This document shows, one piece after another, positions 54,643-64,000 of a stretch of DNA of 64,000 nucleotides (its first letter is position 1; the number at the start of each line of letters is the position of its first letter). A program made the translations under genes and the position numbers. The notes under the pieces are model-generated. The model saw nothing but the letters and a program-made list of their open reading frames with translations. It searched no databases and was not told the origin of the DNA. The stretch is from Ilumatobacteraceae bacterium (GTDB lineage: Bacteria > Actinomycetota > Acidimicrobiia > Acidimicrobiales > Ilumatobacteraceae): assembly GCA_017853385.1 (NCBI GenBank), contig JAFMJR010000002.1, positions 120 through 64,119 on the forward strand, written 5' to 3'.

Positions 54643-56132
54643 TGTTGGCTGCAAATATGTTCGTTGGGCCAGCGATTGACTGGATGAAGATTTCACCATT
54701 GTTGGTCATGCTCGGTGGAGTGCTGCTGCTGATTCTTGGAGGCTCGCTAACGCCGCAATGGAAGAAAGGTGCCTACGGAATCGTGGGTGCACTTACTGCC
54801 GCGGGAGCAGCGGTGCTTACAGCAATGTTGTGGCGAGATCTTGGCAATGGCGAGCCAACAACACTCATTGCTAACGCATTGACTTATAGCAAGTTCTCAT
54901 TATTTGCAACATTCACCATTGCAGTCGGAACATTGCTTGCGATTTTCGTTACATCGGGTTTCTTGGTTCGTGAAGGTGAAGATGGTCCAGAAGTATTTGC
55001 ACTGATTTTGTCGGCGTCAATCGGTGGCATGGTGATGGTGCAAGCCAATGACCTCATTGTCATGTTCCTTGGACTTGAAACGCTGAGCCTTGCCTTTTAC
55101 CTGCTGACCGCAAGTAGCCGTAGCCGCACAGCTAGCGGTGAAGCAGGACTGAAGTATTTCGTTCTCGGTGGTTTTGCTTCAGCATTCTTCTTATATGGAG
55201 TTGCTCTCGTCTTTGGTGCAACCGGATCAACCAATATCGACAAAATTGCAACAAGCCTGTCGGCAAATACTGTTTTAGGCGGCTCGTCAACCATGTTGCT
55301 AGCCGGCATTGCATTATTGCTTGTGGGATTTGGATTTAAAGTTTCGCTCGTTCCATTTCATACCTGGACAGCCGACGTGTATCAAGGTGCCCCAACACCA
55401 ATTACTGCGTTAATGGGTTCGGTAGGAAAGACTGCAGCATTTGTTGCACTTATTCGTGTGTTTACCGGAGCTCTTGGCAACAGGTCGGACGACTGGGGCC
55501 CAGTTGTTGTTGTTCTTGCGGTGTTGACACTTGTTGTTGGTTCGGTTCTTGCGGTTGTGCAGACCGATGTCAAGCGCATGCTTGCATTCTCATCAATAAG
55601 CCATGCGGGTTTCATACTCGTTGGATTGGCTGCAGCTAGCAAGATCAATTCATCTGACGCCGGACTGGGTTCATCAAATGCACTTGGGTATTTGTTTATC
55701 TATTCAATTCTCGTTGTCGGAACCTTGGCTGTAGTCACGATTGTTGCGGGTAAGGGAGATGCAGAAACATCTCTGGATGCATTTAAAGGTCTTGGGAAAT
55801 CTCACCCTGTATTGGCGATGGGCATGACTGTTTTGCTTCTTGCACAGGCTGGTGTGCCATTGACTTCTGGCTTTGTTGCAAAGTTCGGAATCATTCGCGC
55901 GGCAGTTTCAACAGAAAGTTATGTTTTGGCAGTCGTTGCCATGCTGGCTGCAGTTATTGCCGCCTTTTTATATTTGCGAATCATGGTGAGCATGTGGCTT
56001 TCAGAAAGTGAATCCACCCGTGAGATTTCCATTTCAATGATTTCACGGCTCGCAATGTTGCTGTGCGTGGCAGGGACACTGGCAATCGGCATGTTCCCAA
56101 GCCTGTTGCTGCAATTTACAAATCAGCTGTAG
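54639..56132 (+). CDS. nuoN: NADH-quinone oxidoreductase subunit N
   Basis: 497 aa with FKVSLVPFHTWTADVYQGAPTPITA. It is the last gene of the operon, and its stop abuts the convergent ilvA stop. Confidence 0.92.
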   Translation: MMLAANMFVGPAIDWMKISPLLVMLGGVLLLILGGSLTPQWKKGAYGIVGALTAAGAAVLTAMLWRDLGNGEPTTLIANALTYSKFSLFATFTIAVGTLLAIFVTSGFLVREGEDGPEVFALILSASIGGMVMVQANDLIVMFLGLETLSLAFYLLTASSRSRTASGEAGLKYFVLGGFASAFFLYGVALVFGATGSTNIDKIATSLSANTVLGGSSTMLLAGIALLLVGFGFKVSLVPFHTWTADVYQGAPTPITALMGSVGKTAAFVALIRVFTGALGNRSDDWGPVVVVLAVLTLVVGSVLAVVQTDVKRMLAFSSISHAGFILVGLAAASKINSSDAGLGSSNALGYLFIYSILVVGTLAVVTIVAGKGDAETSLDAFKGLGKSHPVLAMGMTVLLLAQAGVPLTSGFVAKFGIIRAAVSTESYVLAVVAMLAAVIAAFLYLRIMVSMWLSESESTREISISMISRLAMLLCVAGTLAIGMFPSLLLQFTNQL

Positions 56133-57356
56133 TTAATAGAAATTCGACTCGTTGAGGTCGTAACCCTGTTCTTTTGCGAGTGCAAGCAACTCGTCAGCAT
56201 GTTCACGTCCGCGAATCTCCAAAACAACCTGAATTCCCGTTTCACGAGCATGTAAATAAATTCCCTCACGAACGTGTTGAACTTCAATCAAGTTCGCCCC
56301 TGTTCCTGCACAAATCTGAAGTAATCCTGCAAATGCACCTGGTCGATCTGGAAGGCGAATAAAGGCAATAAGACGTCGGCCGGCTTCGGTTTCATGACGG
56401 CGAACCAGATTGGGAACCAACCCCATGTCTACGTTTCCACCAGACAACACAATGCAGGTCGTGCCCACTGCGGCAGGAGAAATTTTGCCTGTCATCAAAG
56501 CTGCAAGACCAACTGCGCCACCGCCCTCTACGTACAGCTTTGAGCGTTCGAGCAGCACCATCATCGCGTCGGCAACAGCATCTTCGTTCACTTCAACAAT
56601 TTCATCAACCCATTTGCGAACAAGAGGCTCGGTGATCTCGCCTGGTTTCTTAACTGCAATTCCATCCGCGAGAGTTGGTACCGGACCTTCAGGCATTAAT
56701 CCGTGAATAAATGGAGCACATGACGAAATCTGCACTCCGATTACACGAATACGCGGGTTTTGTAGTTTTAATGCGATAGCTGTGCCACTCAACAGTCCGC
56801 CACCGCCAAGCGGAATAATGACCAGCGACAGATCAGCGATGTCTTCAATGAGTTCAAGACCGAGTGTGCCTTGACCAGCAACAACATCTACGTCATCAAA
56901 TGGGTGGCAAAAGGTCATTCCAGTTTCTGCAGCGCGCTGCTTTGCTGATGCAATTGCAGTATCAACGTTGTCGCCACCTTCAAGAACTGATGCACCATGG
57001 TGTTTGGTCGCTGCAATTTTTGAAAGAGAAGCGCCACGTGGCACGAAGATGTCACAGGCGATACCAAAATGTTTTGCCGCGAGTGCAAGTCCTTGGGCAT
57101 GATTTCCAGCGCTTCCAGTGACAACTCCAGTTTTTGCTGTCTCACCCAAGCTGGCGATTTTGTTCATCGCGCCGCGAATTTTAAAGGCACCTGTTCGTTG
57201 CAAGTTTTCGGCCTTCAAAACGATGCGCGCACCAAGGAGTTCGCTTAGGTAGGCCGAGGGTACAACTGGAGTGTGTTGCACAACTGCTGCACCTGCGACT
57301 CGCGCAGCAGCAATGTCAGCAAGTGTTATTTCCATTGGATGGTTGTTTTTCCCCAT
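56133..57356 (-). CDS. ilvA: threonine ammonia-lyase (short form with one C-terminal regulatory domain)
   Basis: 407 aa with the PLP lysine motif TGAFKIRGA, GSAGNHAQG, and PLGGGGLLSG. Confidence 0.85.
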   Translation of the reverse strand: MGKNNHPMEITLADIAAARVAGAAVVQHTPVVPSAYLSELLGARIVLKAENLQRTGAFKIRGAMNKIASLGETAKTGVVTGSAGNHAQGLALAAKHFGIACDIFVPRGASLSKIAATKHHGASVLEGGDNVDTAIASAKQRAAETGMTFCHPFDDVDVVAGQGTLGLELIEDIADLSLVIIPLGGGGLLSGTAIALKLQNPRIRVIGVQISSCAPFIHGLMPEGPVPTLADGIAVKKPGEITEPLVRKWVDEIVEVNEDAVADAMMVLLERSKLYVEGGGAVGLAALMTGKISPAAVGTTCIVLSGGNVDMGLVPNLVRRHETEAGRRLIAFIRLPDRPGAFAGLLQICAGTGANLIEVQHVREGIYLHARETGIQVVLEIRGREHADELLALAKEQGYDLNESNFY

Positions 57357-57377
57357 GCTCCGTCTACCGTAGTTCTC

Positions 57378-58070
57378 GTGCGCGCGTTACTCATTGCTAA
57401 CTCAAACGAAAACGATGCCGGCTTTATTGGGCAGCGTTTTGCACATCACGATTTTTCATTCACTCATTACGCCCGCGAATACCCAAACGAATGGCGTTCG
57501 ATAGACGGCATTGACTTAGTAGTGCATTTGGGTTCGGCTTGGTCCGTGTATTGGCCGGAAGTGGCTCGCAATGTGGCGGCTGAAGCAGAATTGATGCGAG
57601 AAGCACATCGCCGTGGCATACCCATTTACGGCGTGTGTTTTGGGGCACAGATGCTGGCGCATGCTTTGGGAGGAAGTGCCGAAAAGGGTAGAAAGTCTGA
57701 AATTGGTTGGCATGAAGTAATTGCGACGGAAGCCAATAAGCGCCTTGCCGGTAAGTGGATGCAATGGCATTACGACACATTTACCCCGCCGGCCGGGGCA
57801 GAGGTCTTGGCCCTTAGTGACGCTGGTCCTCAGGCACTCCGAATTGGGCGTAGTTTTGCCACCCAATTCCACCCCGAGGCCAATGAAGCCATTGTTTCTG
57901 GATGGATGGCGGGGGAAGGGGCAATGGAGCTGGTCAATGCCGGTATTTCCCCAAGTGACCTGATGGATGAAACCCGCCGTCAGGTCGAGAGATCCGGTCC
58001 AGCCGCGGACCACATCGTGGATTGGTTCCTGTCCGAAGTGGCAAGTTCCCCAATGCCCAAAACTCGGTAA
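57378..58070 (+). CDS. class I glutamine amidotransferase-like protein
   Basis: GVCFGAQMLAHALGG (Cys nucleophile) and QFHPE. GTG 57378 is used; the track start at 57273 lies inside ilvA. Confidence 0.7.
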   Translation: MRALLIANSNENDAGFIGQRFAHHDFSFTHYAREYPNEWRSIDGIDLVVHLGSAWSVYWPEVARNVAAEAELMREAHRRGIPIYGVCFGAQMLAHALGGSAEKGRKSEIGWHEVIATEANKRLAGKWMQWHYDTFTPPAGAEVLALSDAGPQALRIGRSFATQFHPEANEAIVSGWMAGEGAMELVNAGISPSDLMDETRRQVERSGPAADHIVDWFLSEVASSPMPKTR

Positions 58071-58139
58071 TTTGGCACGATCGCACAAGGGGTAGTGGTT
58101 TCTCGGTTGTTCGCGGTCAAGTAGTAGTTTTTCTCTCTG

Positions 58140-58505
58140 ATGTCCACCTTCCTCCGGTCGTTTCTTGTCGTTGTCTGGTTCGGTCTAGCTGCCGTACTTA
58201 TTGCCGGTCTATTGCTCTGGGTCTCTTCGCTGCTGCGGCCTTCAAAGCCAACGCGCGAAAAAATGTTGACGTATGAAAGTGGTGTTGATCCAGTCGGCGA
58301 AGGCTGGTCGCAAAGTCAAGTGCGCTACTACATCTTTGCTTTGTTGTTTGTGATTTTTGACGTTGAAGCCGTGTTCATTTTCCCGTGGGCAACACAACTC
58401 GAGCGTTATGCATTGTTCGGTTTAGTGGAAATGGGCATCTTTGTATTCGTCTTGCTCCTTGGCTTGGTGTATGCCTGGCGCAAGGGCGTTCTGCGGTGGG
58501 TGTAA
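58140..58505 (+). CDS. nuoA: NADH-quinone oxidoreductase subunit A, second copy
   Basis: 121 aa with YESGVDP and [12 protein letters not shown]. Confidence 0.88.
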   Translation: MSTFLRSFLVVVWFGLAAVLIAGLLLWVSSLLRPSKPTREKMLTYESGVDPVGEGWSQSQVRYYIFALLFVIFDVEAVFIFPWATQLERYALFGLVEMGIFVFVLLLGLVYAWRKGVLRWV

Positions 58506-58509
58506 CAAC

Positions 58510-59061
58510 ATGGGTCTTGTAGATCGCGGCAGATTGCCAAAACCATTGAACACCTTGTTCAACATGGGACGTTCGTATTCGTTGTGGGTGTACCAATGGG
58601 GACTCGCATGCTGTGCAATTGAAATGGGAGCAGCATTTGGCTCGCCTCGTTATGACGTAATGCGACTTGGAGTTATTCCATTGCCAGCAAGTCCTCGACA
58701 AGCAGACCTTGTGGTGATTTCCGGAACAGTTACCGACAAAATGGCGCCTGCAATCAAGCGTTTGTATGAACAAATGCCAGATCCTAAGTACGTGATCTCG
58801 ATGGGAAGCTGCGCGAATTGTGGCGGTCCATATTGGGACAGCTATTCGGTTACTAAAGGTGTTGATCAAATCATTCCAGTAGATGTGTATGTTCCGGGTT
58901 GCCCGCCGCGTCCAGAAGCACTTCTTGAAGGAATTGTGTTGTTGCAGCAACGCATTAAGAACGAAGACATGGGCGCACGTTGGCGCGGTGAAGGCACCGT
59001 CTCCATTGATGCGTCTGCAGAAGCAGAAAGGCGTGGTGAACCAGTTGTCGTCTCCCGCTGA
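58510..59061 (+). CDS. nuoB: NADH-quinone oxidoreductase subunit B, second copy
   Basis: [10 protein letters not shown] and [10 protein letters not shown] 58510 is used; the track start lies inside nuoA. Confidence 0.9.
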   Translation: MGLVDRGRLPKPLNTLFNMGRSYSLWVYQWGLACCAIEMGAAFGSPRYDVMRLGVIPLPASPRQADLVVISGTVTDKMAPAIKRLYEQMPDPKYVISMGSCANCGGPYWDSYSVTKGVDQIIPVDVYVPGCPPRPEALLEGIVLLQQRIKNEDMGARWRGEGTVSIDASAEAERRGEPVVVSR

Positions 59062-59689
59062 AACCACTCCAGTCGTTGACAACGTTCGCGATCAAGTTCT
59101 TGCCGAAGTTCAAGCAAATCTTGGGTCTGTAGTTGTTGAGTCGCTAGTAAAACCTGGCGACGATATTTGGATTCGAGTTTCCACACAATCGTGGAATGAA
59201 AGCATGCGCAAGTTGCAAGCAATGGGTTTCGACTACTTCTGCTTTCTTTCAGCAATTGATTGGATGCCATCGCCATTTGGTCGTGGTGAAGACGATCCAA
59301 CTGAACCAGCGCCCGAGCGCGACACAACCATTCGTCCGGGCTACACCGGTGGTGAAACGCGCATGCAATTGCTGGTTCGTTTGGTGAATTCGCGGTCGTT
59401 TGTGGGCATCAATGTGAAAACCGATGTTCCAAACGAGGTGTACACCGTTGATTCCATTGCCAATGTTTTTGCTGGTGCGAACTGGCATGAGCGTGAGGCT
59501 CACGAAATGTTTGGAATTGGTTTCATTGGTCACCCAGATCTTCGCAACATGTATTTGCCCTCTGACTTTGAAGGTTTTCCAATGCGCAAAGATTTCCCAT
59601 TGCTTGCGCGCATGGTGAAGCCATGGCCAGGAATTGTTGATGTTGAGCCGTTGCCAGGTGGCGACGCTGATCAGGAAGAGGCGTCATGA
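59033..59689 (+). CDS. nuoC: NADH-quinone oxidoreductase subunit C, second copy
   Basis: [21 protein letters not shown]. The start is ambiguous (GTG 59033 or 59036, or TTG 59045) and overlaps the end of nuoB. Confidence 0.85.
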   Translation: MVNQLSSPAETTPVVDNVRDQVLAEVQANLGSVVVESLVKPGDDIWIRVSTQSWNESMRKLQAMGFDYFCFLSAIDWMPSPFGRGEDDPTEPAPERDTTIRPGYTGGETRMQLLVRLVNSRSFVGINVKTDVPNEVYTVDSIANVFAGANWHEREAHEMFGIGFIGHPDLRNMYLPSDFEGFPMRKDFPLLARMVKPWPGIVDVEPLPGGDADQEEAS

Positions 59690-60882
59690 CTATTTTGAAT
59701 GACCCTGTAAACGCAAAGTTGGGTGACCGCGCACAACTCAGTTACATCGCTTCACAAGCGGCAGATGCTCGACTCAATGTTGAACTTGAAACCGAGGGAA
59801 TGACTCTCAACATTGGACCGCAGCATCCTGCAACGCACGGAACGTTGCGCATCATTGCTCGACTCGACGGCGAGCAAGTGTTGTGGGCAGAACCATCGTG
59901 CGGTTACATGCATCGCGGTTACGAAAAACTCACCGAGGTTCGCAGCTTCCCACAAGTAACTTCACTCATTAATCGCATTGACTGGTTGGGAAGTTTTGCC
60001 AACGAAGTGCCATTCATTTTGGCCGCAGAAAAATTGATGGGTGTTGAAGCGCCACCTCGCGCGCAGTGGATTCGCACCATCTTGTTTGAATTGTCGCGCA
60101 TTGCAAACGTTTCATTGTTCTTGGGCGATCTTGGTGTGCAGTTGGGTGCGATCACTCCAGTGTTCATGGCGTTCCGCGATCGTGAATATGTTTTGAATCT
60201 CATCGAATCGGCAACTGGTGGCCGTTTTCACCCAAACTTTGACCGCATTGGTGGATTGAAAGACGATTTGCCAGCTGGCTGGATAGATGAAACAAAAGTT
60301 GTAATGAAGAAGTTGCGTAACTTCTGCGACGAAATTGAATCGCTGCTGTTTGGAAACGAAATTTTCCAGTCACGTACTCGTGGTATCGGTGTGATCCCGC
60401 GTGATGTGGCGATGCAGTATGGACTTTCGGGAGCAAACCTTCGTGCAAGCGGAGTTGATTGGGATCTGCGTCGCGACCAAGAAAGTCCAATGGCTTGGAA
60501 CAAAGTTGACTTCAAGGTCTGGACTCACCCAGATGGCGACAGTTTTGCGCGTTGCTGGGTTCGATTGCAGGAAACGCGTGAAGCAACGAAGATCGTTGAT
60601 CAATTGCTTGATGGAATTCCAGCAGGCCCAGTAATGGCCAAAGTTCCAAAGATCATCAAGGTTCCTGAAGGCGAAGCCTGGGTGTCAACCGAAAACCCAC
60701 TTGGCGAGATGGGTTATTACGTTGTTTCTCGCGGTGACTCGGGACCATTCCGCGTAAAGATTCGCTCAGCAAGCTTTAACAACATTTCAATTACTCCGTG
60801 GTTGTTGCGTGGTGTGTATGTGCCAGACATCATCACCATTTTGGCTTCGCTGTACTTCATTCTCGGAGACATTGACCGCTGA
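59686..60882 (+). CDS. nuoD: NADH-quinone oxidoreductase subunit D, second copy
   Basis: 398 aa with LNIGPQHPATHGTLRI and a C-terminal ILGDIDR. Confidence 0.9.
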   Translation: MTILNDPVNAKLGDRAQLSYIASQAADARLNVELETEGMTLNIGPQHPATHGTLRIIARLDGEQVLWAEPSCGYMHRGYEKLTEVRSFPQVTSLINRIDWLGSFANEVPFILAAEKLMGVEAPPRAQWIRTILFELSRIANVSLFLGDLGVQLGAITPVFMAFRDREYVLNLIESATGGRFHPNFDRIGGLKDDLPAGWIDETKVVMKKLRNFCDEIESLLFGNEIFQSRTRGIGVIPRDVAMQYGLSGANLRASGVDWDLRRDQESPMAWNKVDFKVWTHPDGDSFARCWVRLQETREATKIVDQLLDGIPAGPVMAKVPKIIKVPEGEAWVSTENPLGEMGYYVVSRGDSGPFRVKIRSASFNNISITPWLLRGVYVPDIITILASLYFILGDIDR

Positions 60883-61937
60883 TGCATTCGTTACTTGCTG
60901 TCGAGATTCCTTATTGGGGACAATCCGTGCTTCGTGTGCTCGGTGGTTTGGTGGCCGTGCTTCTTCCCGCAGGAACCATTGTGTATGTGTTCTTGTTCAA
61001 GATGATGTCGTTTATGCAAAGCCGACTCGGTCCAATGGAAGCTGGTCCGTATGGCTCGATGCAATTGTTTGCTGAAGTAGGCAAGTGGCTGCAAAAAGAA
61101 GATATTCAGCCAGACAACGCAGATAAGCGCATCTTCCGCATGGCTCCAATCATCGTGTTGATGAGCACATTTTTGCTTGTCGCAGTGGTTCCTTTTGGTC
61201 CGGATGCGTGGTTTACCAATTTCGAAACCGGAGTGTTTTACGCATTAGCAGTTTCATCAATTTCGGTACTTGGAATTTTGATGGCAGGTTGGTCGTCTGC
61301 GAATAAATATTCATTGCTTGGCGGACTTCGTGCTGCTGGACAGCTCATTGCATATGAATTGCCAATGGTGCTTGCGGTAATGGGCGTAGTTATTCAGGCG
61401 GGAACCATGAACTTGCAACAGATTGTTGTTGCACAAAACGCGGGATCAATATTTGGAACCGACATCGTCGGAAACCCATACGTGCTTACTCAGTTTGTTG
61501 GATTTGTGGTGTTTATGATCGCGGTGCAAGCTGAACTCACGCAAGCGCCGTTCGATATGCCTATTGCAGAATCAGAATTGGTGTCGGGTTACATGACCGA
61601 GTACTCGGGCTTCCGCTTCCTTATTTTCTTCATCGGTGAGTTCGCCACTGCCGGTGTGTTTGCGATGATTGCAAGCACGTTGTTCCTTGGTGGCTGGGGT
61701 GTTCCGTTCTCATGGTTCGGATGGACGACCATGGACAGCGTCGCTAATTGGATGAATGTCGCTGGCCCACTCATCGTGTTCACCAAAATGATGGTGCTGA
61801 CATTCCTCATTATGTGGATTCGTTTCTCGTACCCACGTTTCCGTGAAGATCAATTGCAGCGATTTGCCTGGAAGGTGCTCATTCCGGTTTCGCTCGCAAA
61901 CATCATGGTTACCGCAGTGTTGAAGGTGGCTTTCTAA
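60882..61937 (+). CDS. nuoH: NADH-quinone oxidoreductase subunit H, second copy
   Basis: [24 protein letters not shown], and YPRFREDQL. It follows nuoD directly, so no E/F/G genes lie between. Confidence 0.9.
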   Translation: MHSLLAVEIPYWGQSVLRVLGGLVAVLLPAGTIVYVFLFKMMSFMQSRLGPMEAGPYGSMQLFAEVGKWLQKEDIQPDNADKRIFRMAPIIVLMSTFLLVAVVPFGPDAWFTNFETGVFYALAVSSISVLGILMAGWSSANKYSLLGGLRAAGQLIAYELPMVLAVMGVVIQAGTMNLQQIVVAQNAGSIFGTDIVGNPYVLTQFVGFVVFMIAVQAELTQAPFDMPIAESELVSGYMTEYSGFRFLIFFIGEFATAGVFAMIASTLFLGGWGVPFSWFGWTTMDSVANWMNVAGPLIVFTKMMVLTFLIMWIRFSYPRFREDQLQRFAWKVLIPVSLANIMVTAVLKVAF

Positions 61938-62425
61938 TGGCTCAAATTCCAGGAATGATCAAGGGCCTCGCGGTCACGTTTAACACGATGTTGCGCACGT
62001 TTAAAAACGGTTCAAACACCATTCAATATCCTCGCGAAAAAGAAGCACCGCCAATTCGTGCTCGCGGCGTTATTGCATTGCATGAGGACAACTGCACTTC
62101 GTGCATGTTGTGCTCCCGTTCTTGCCCAGACTGGTGTATCTATATCGAAGCTCACAAGGAACTTGCGCCACCACGTCGCGAAGGCGGAAAGCCACGTGCA
62201 GTAAACAAACTGGACCGCTTTGATATCGATTACGCACTGTGCATGTATTGCGGAATTTGTGTTGAGGTCTGTCCATTTGATGCATTGTTCTGGAGTCCGG
62301 AATATGAGTATTCCGAGCCGAGCATTGCGGACTTGTTGCATGACAAATCAAAGCTTGGCGAGTGGATGGAAACCGTTCCAGCAGCTCCAGAGCTTGAAGC
62401 CGGCGCCGATAAGAAGAAGAAGTAA
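61937..62425 (+). CDS. nuoI: NADH-quinone oxidoreductase subunit I, second copy
   Basis: [12 protein letters not shown] and [12 protein letters not shown]. Confidence 0.9.
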   Translation: MAQIPGMIKGLAVTFNTMLRTFKNGSNTIQYPREKEAPPIRARGVIALHEDNCTSCMLCSRSCPDWCIYIEAHKELAPPRREGGKPRAVNKLDRFDIDYALCMYCGICVEVCPFDALFWSPEYEYSEPSIADLLHDKSKLGEWMETVPAAPELEAGADKKKK

Positions 62426-62432
62426 GGCAAAT

Positions 62433-62927
62433 ATGGTCGCTCAAAATATCGGATTCGCAATCATTGCAATCGTGATGGTTGTTGGTGCATTGCGAGTAGT
62501 TACAACAACCAATGTTGTGCATGCAGCTTTGTGGCTTGTAGTTGTCTTGGCTGGCGCCGCCGCTCAATACATTTTGCTTGCAGCAGAGTTTGTTGCGGTA
62601 ACCCAAGTGCTCGTATACATCGGAGCAGTAATGGTGTTGTTCTTGTTCGGAACCATGCTCACTCGATCACGCATTGGTCGCGATAGTGGTTTGAATAACA
62701 GTTACGCAAAGCTAGGAATTCCTGTAGCTGTTGTGTTGTTCGCAGCGATGTCACTTGCGCTTGCAGATTCGTTTGGAACCGAAAAGCTGCCAACAGATGG
62801 CGAGATTGTCACAACCCAACAGGTTTCTGATCAAATTTTTGGACCGTACCTACTTCCGTTTTGGGCGCTTTCCTTTGTGCTTCTTGCAGCAGTGATTGGC
62901 GCAATCGTGTTAGCAAGGAAGGACTGA
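62433..62927 (+). CDS. nuoJ: NADH-quinone oxidoreductase subunit J, second copy
   Basis: MVAQNIGFAIIAIVMVV..., VTQVLVYIGAVMVLFLF. ATG 62433 is used; the track start lies inside nuoI. Confidence 0.85.
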   Translation: MVAQNIGFAIIAIVMVVGALRVVTTTNVVHAALWLVVVLAGAAAQYILLAAEFVAVTQVLVYIGAVMVLFLFGTMLTRSRIGRDSGLNNSYAKLGIPVAVVLFAAMSLALADSFGTEKLPTDGEIVTTQQVSDQIFGPYLLPFWALSFVLLAAVIGAIVLARKD

Positions 62928-62931
62928 AACT

Positions 62932-63231
62932 ATGTTGGTCAACCAGTTCTTGTTCTTGGCAGCTTTGCTGTTTTGCATCGGTGTGTATGGCGTAATTGCA
63001 CGTAAAAACGCGGTGCTAGTGCTGATGTCCATTGAACTTATTTTGAATGCCGTGAATTTGAACTTCGTAGCGTTTGCATTGCGAAACGGAAATGCCGATG
63101 GCCATACATTTGCTTTGTACATCATTGCTATCGCTGCCGCAGAAGTTGGAGTTGGTCTTGGACTGGTCTTGCTTATCTTCCGCAATCGCCGCACCATCTC
63201 TCTTGATGACCTGTCGGAGATGAAGGGCTAA
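62932..63231 (+). CDS. nuoK: NADH-quinone oxidoreductase subunit K, second copy
   Basis: 99 aa with IELILNAVNL and AAAEVGVGLGL. Confidence 0.9.
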   Translation: MLVNQFLFLAALLFCIGVYGVIARKNAVLVLMSIELILNAVNLNFVAFALRNGNADGHTFALYIIAIAAAEVGVGLGLVLLIFRNRRTISLDDLSEMKG

Positions 63232-64000
63232 TGATGATCGCAGCAGCAGAAGCACTTCAGAAGTTGTCCTCGGGTTGGTTCCTCGAGCACGCCTGGCTTA
63301 TTCCGATCATTCCTGCAATTGGCTTTGCAATCATCATCTTGTTCGGCAAGAAGCTGCCGATGAAGGGCAGTGAAGTCGGCTTACTCAGCATGGTTTCCAG
63401 CCTCGTTTTGGCCGGTGGGGCTGCCATGCAGTGGATTGATCGCGTAAATAGCGGTGCAGAAGGTCAATTCATTGCACCAGTGGTTCGCACATGGAATTGG
63501 TGGCAGATCGGTGGAATGAAATTCACGATCGGCCAATCGATCGACGGCTTGGCGATCATTGTCTTGGTTGTTGTGGCGTTTATTTCCACGCTTGTTCAGT
63601 TGTATTCAACTGAATATTTGAAGGGCGATCGTCGCTACACACACTTCTTTGCTGCACTCACATTGTTCTCGGCAGGAATGCTCGCAATGGTTATTGCAGA
63701 AGACACAATTCTGTTCCTACTCGGTTGGGAAATCATGGGCTTGTGCAGCTTCATGCTCATTGGTCACTGGTGGGAAGAAGGCGCAAACAGTCGCGCAGCA
63801 CTCAAGGCGTTTTTCACGGTTCGAACTGGCGACATGGGTCTGCTCATCGGCGTTGCCATGTTGTACTTTGCCTCCAACGAATGGACTACAGAACATCTCG
63901 GGGTATCTGGCTTCTCCATTCGTGGAATTAGTGCGTGGGCACTTTCAGGAGAACCAAATAGCACGGTGATCTTGGTTGCATCTGTTGCGCTATTCATCGC
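63231..64000 (+). CDS. nuoL: NADH-quinone oxidoreductase subunit L, second copy (5' part; runs off the window)
   Basis: This open frame starts at the ATG overlapping the nuoK TAA (TAATG). It is absent from the track because no stop is reached. It encodes MMIAAAEALQKLSSGWFLEHAWLIPIIPAIGF... and LLGWEIMGLCSFMLIGHWWE. Confidence 0.85.
   Translation, partial: MMIAAAEALQKLSSGWFLEHAWLIPIIPAIGFAIIILFGKKLPMKGSEVGLLSMVSSLVLAGGAAMQWIDRVNSGAEGQFIAPVVRTWNWWQIGGMKFTIGQSIDGLAIIVLVVVAFISTLVQLYSTEYLKGDRRYTHFFAALTLFSAGMLAMVIAEDTILFLLGWEIMGLCSFMLIGHWWEEGANSRAALKAFFTVRTGDMGLLIGVAMLYFASNEWTTEHLGVSGFSIRGISAWALSGEPNSTVILVASVALFI

Noticed and set aside
57516-58088. 190-aa minus-strand ORF inside the glutamine amidotransferase gene
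   Set aside because: It is antisense to an ORF with GATase catalytic motifs (GVCFGAQ, QFHPE), and I recognise no motifs of its own.
58071-58139. Rex operator upstream of the second nuo operon (TTGGCACGATCGCACAAG)
   Set aside because: It contains only a CGATCG mini-palindrome. The GTGA-N-TCAC half-site arrangement is not present.
58375-59082. 235-aa minus-strand ORF across nuoA/nuoB (second operon)
   Set aside because: It is antisense to genes with unmistakable NuoA/NuoB motifs. The product is Cys/His/Arg-rich and implausible.
62070-62606. 178-aa minus-strand ORF across nuoI/nuoJ (second operon)
   Set aside because: It is antisense to genes with clear NuoI ferredoxin motifs and has an implausible Cys/His/Arg/Gln-rich composition.
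1-64000. Search for CRISPR arrays, IS elements/transposases, integrases, prophage genes, tRNA/rRNA genes and long tandem repeats
   Set aside because: Reading both strands, I found none. Every ORF above 100 aa that does not overlap a better gene has a housekeeping-type assignment or is a simple membrane or hypothetical protein. The window looks like core chromosome rather than an accessory island.

Overview
A very gene-dense, housekeeping chromosomal segment of an actinobacterium. Lineage markers are mycothiol MshA, Rex followed by hemACD, GlnII plus GlnA, and Mrp/ErpA. GC looks moderate by eye, and many neighbouring genes overlap by 1-4 nt, which suggests a streamlined genome. I could not identify the species. 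From left to right the window holds: (1) miscellaneous metabolism, transport and Fe-S assembly genes (1-14 kb); (2) a nitrogen block with a pseudo-receiver OmpR-type regulator, glnA, glnII and glutamine-dependent nadE (14-19.5 kb); (3) a small moaD-like / RsiG-like / XRE unit, then mshA and proC (21-25 kb); (4) a SAM-hydrolase-family gene behind a structured GC-rich leader, and fadD; (5) rex-hemA-hemC-hemD-hemB-hemL (28.3-34.3 kb); (6) a respiratory block of about 28 kb. That block has a divergent membrane-anchored cytochrome c, then a split cytochrome b6-type Rieske/cyt b complex with an embedded 2x[4Fe-4S] ferredoxin. This runs with no real gap into a complete 14-gene nuoA-N operon. After ilvA and a glutamine amidotransferase comes a second, divergent nuo operon (A-B-C-D-H-I-J-K-L...) that lacks nuoE/F/G and continues off the window. 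I saw no rRNA, tRNA, CRISPR array, transposase or integrase. The observations most worth following up are: an RsiG-type c-di-GMP motif in a 160-aa ORF coupled to a MoaD-like gene; a conserved cytoplasmic MTEIPEHLLKR tag shared by two different respiratory subunits; the b6-type (heme ci Cys, 14-residue His spacing) bc complex with ferredoxin, fused to nuo; Rex-operator-like palindromes upstream of rex and of the bc-nuo cluster; histone-like Lys/Ala tails on RidA and GlnII; a Cx4Cx4Cx4C extension on HemL; and a structured leader upstream of the SAM hydrolase gene. All functional calls rest on motif recognition by eye, because no database search was possible.
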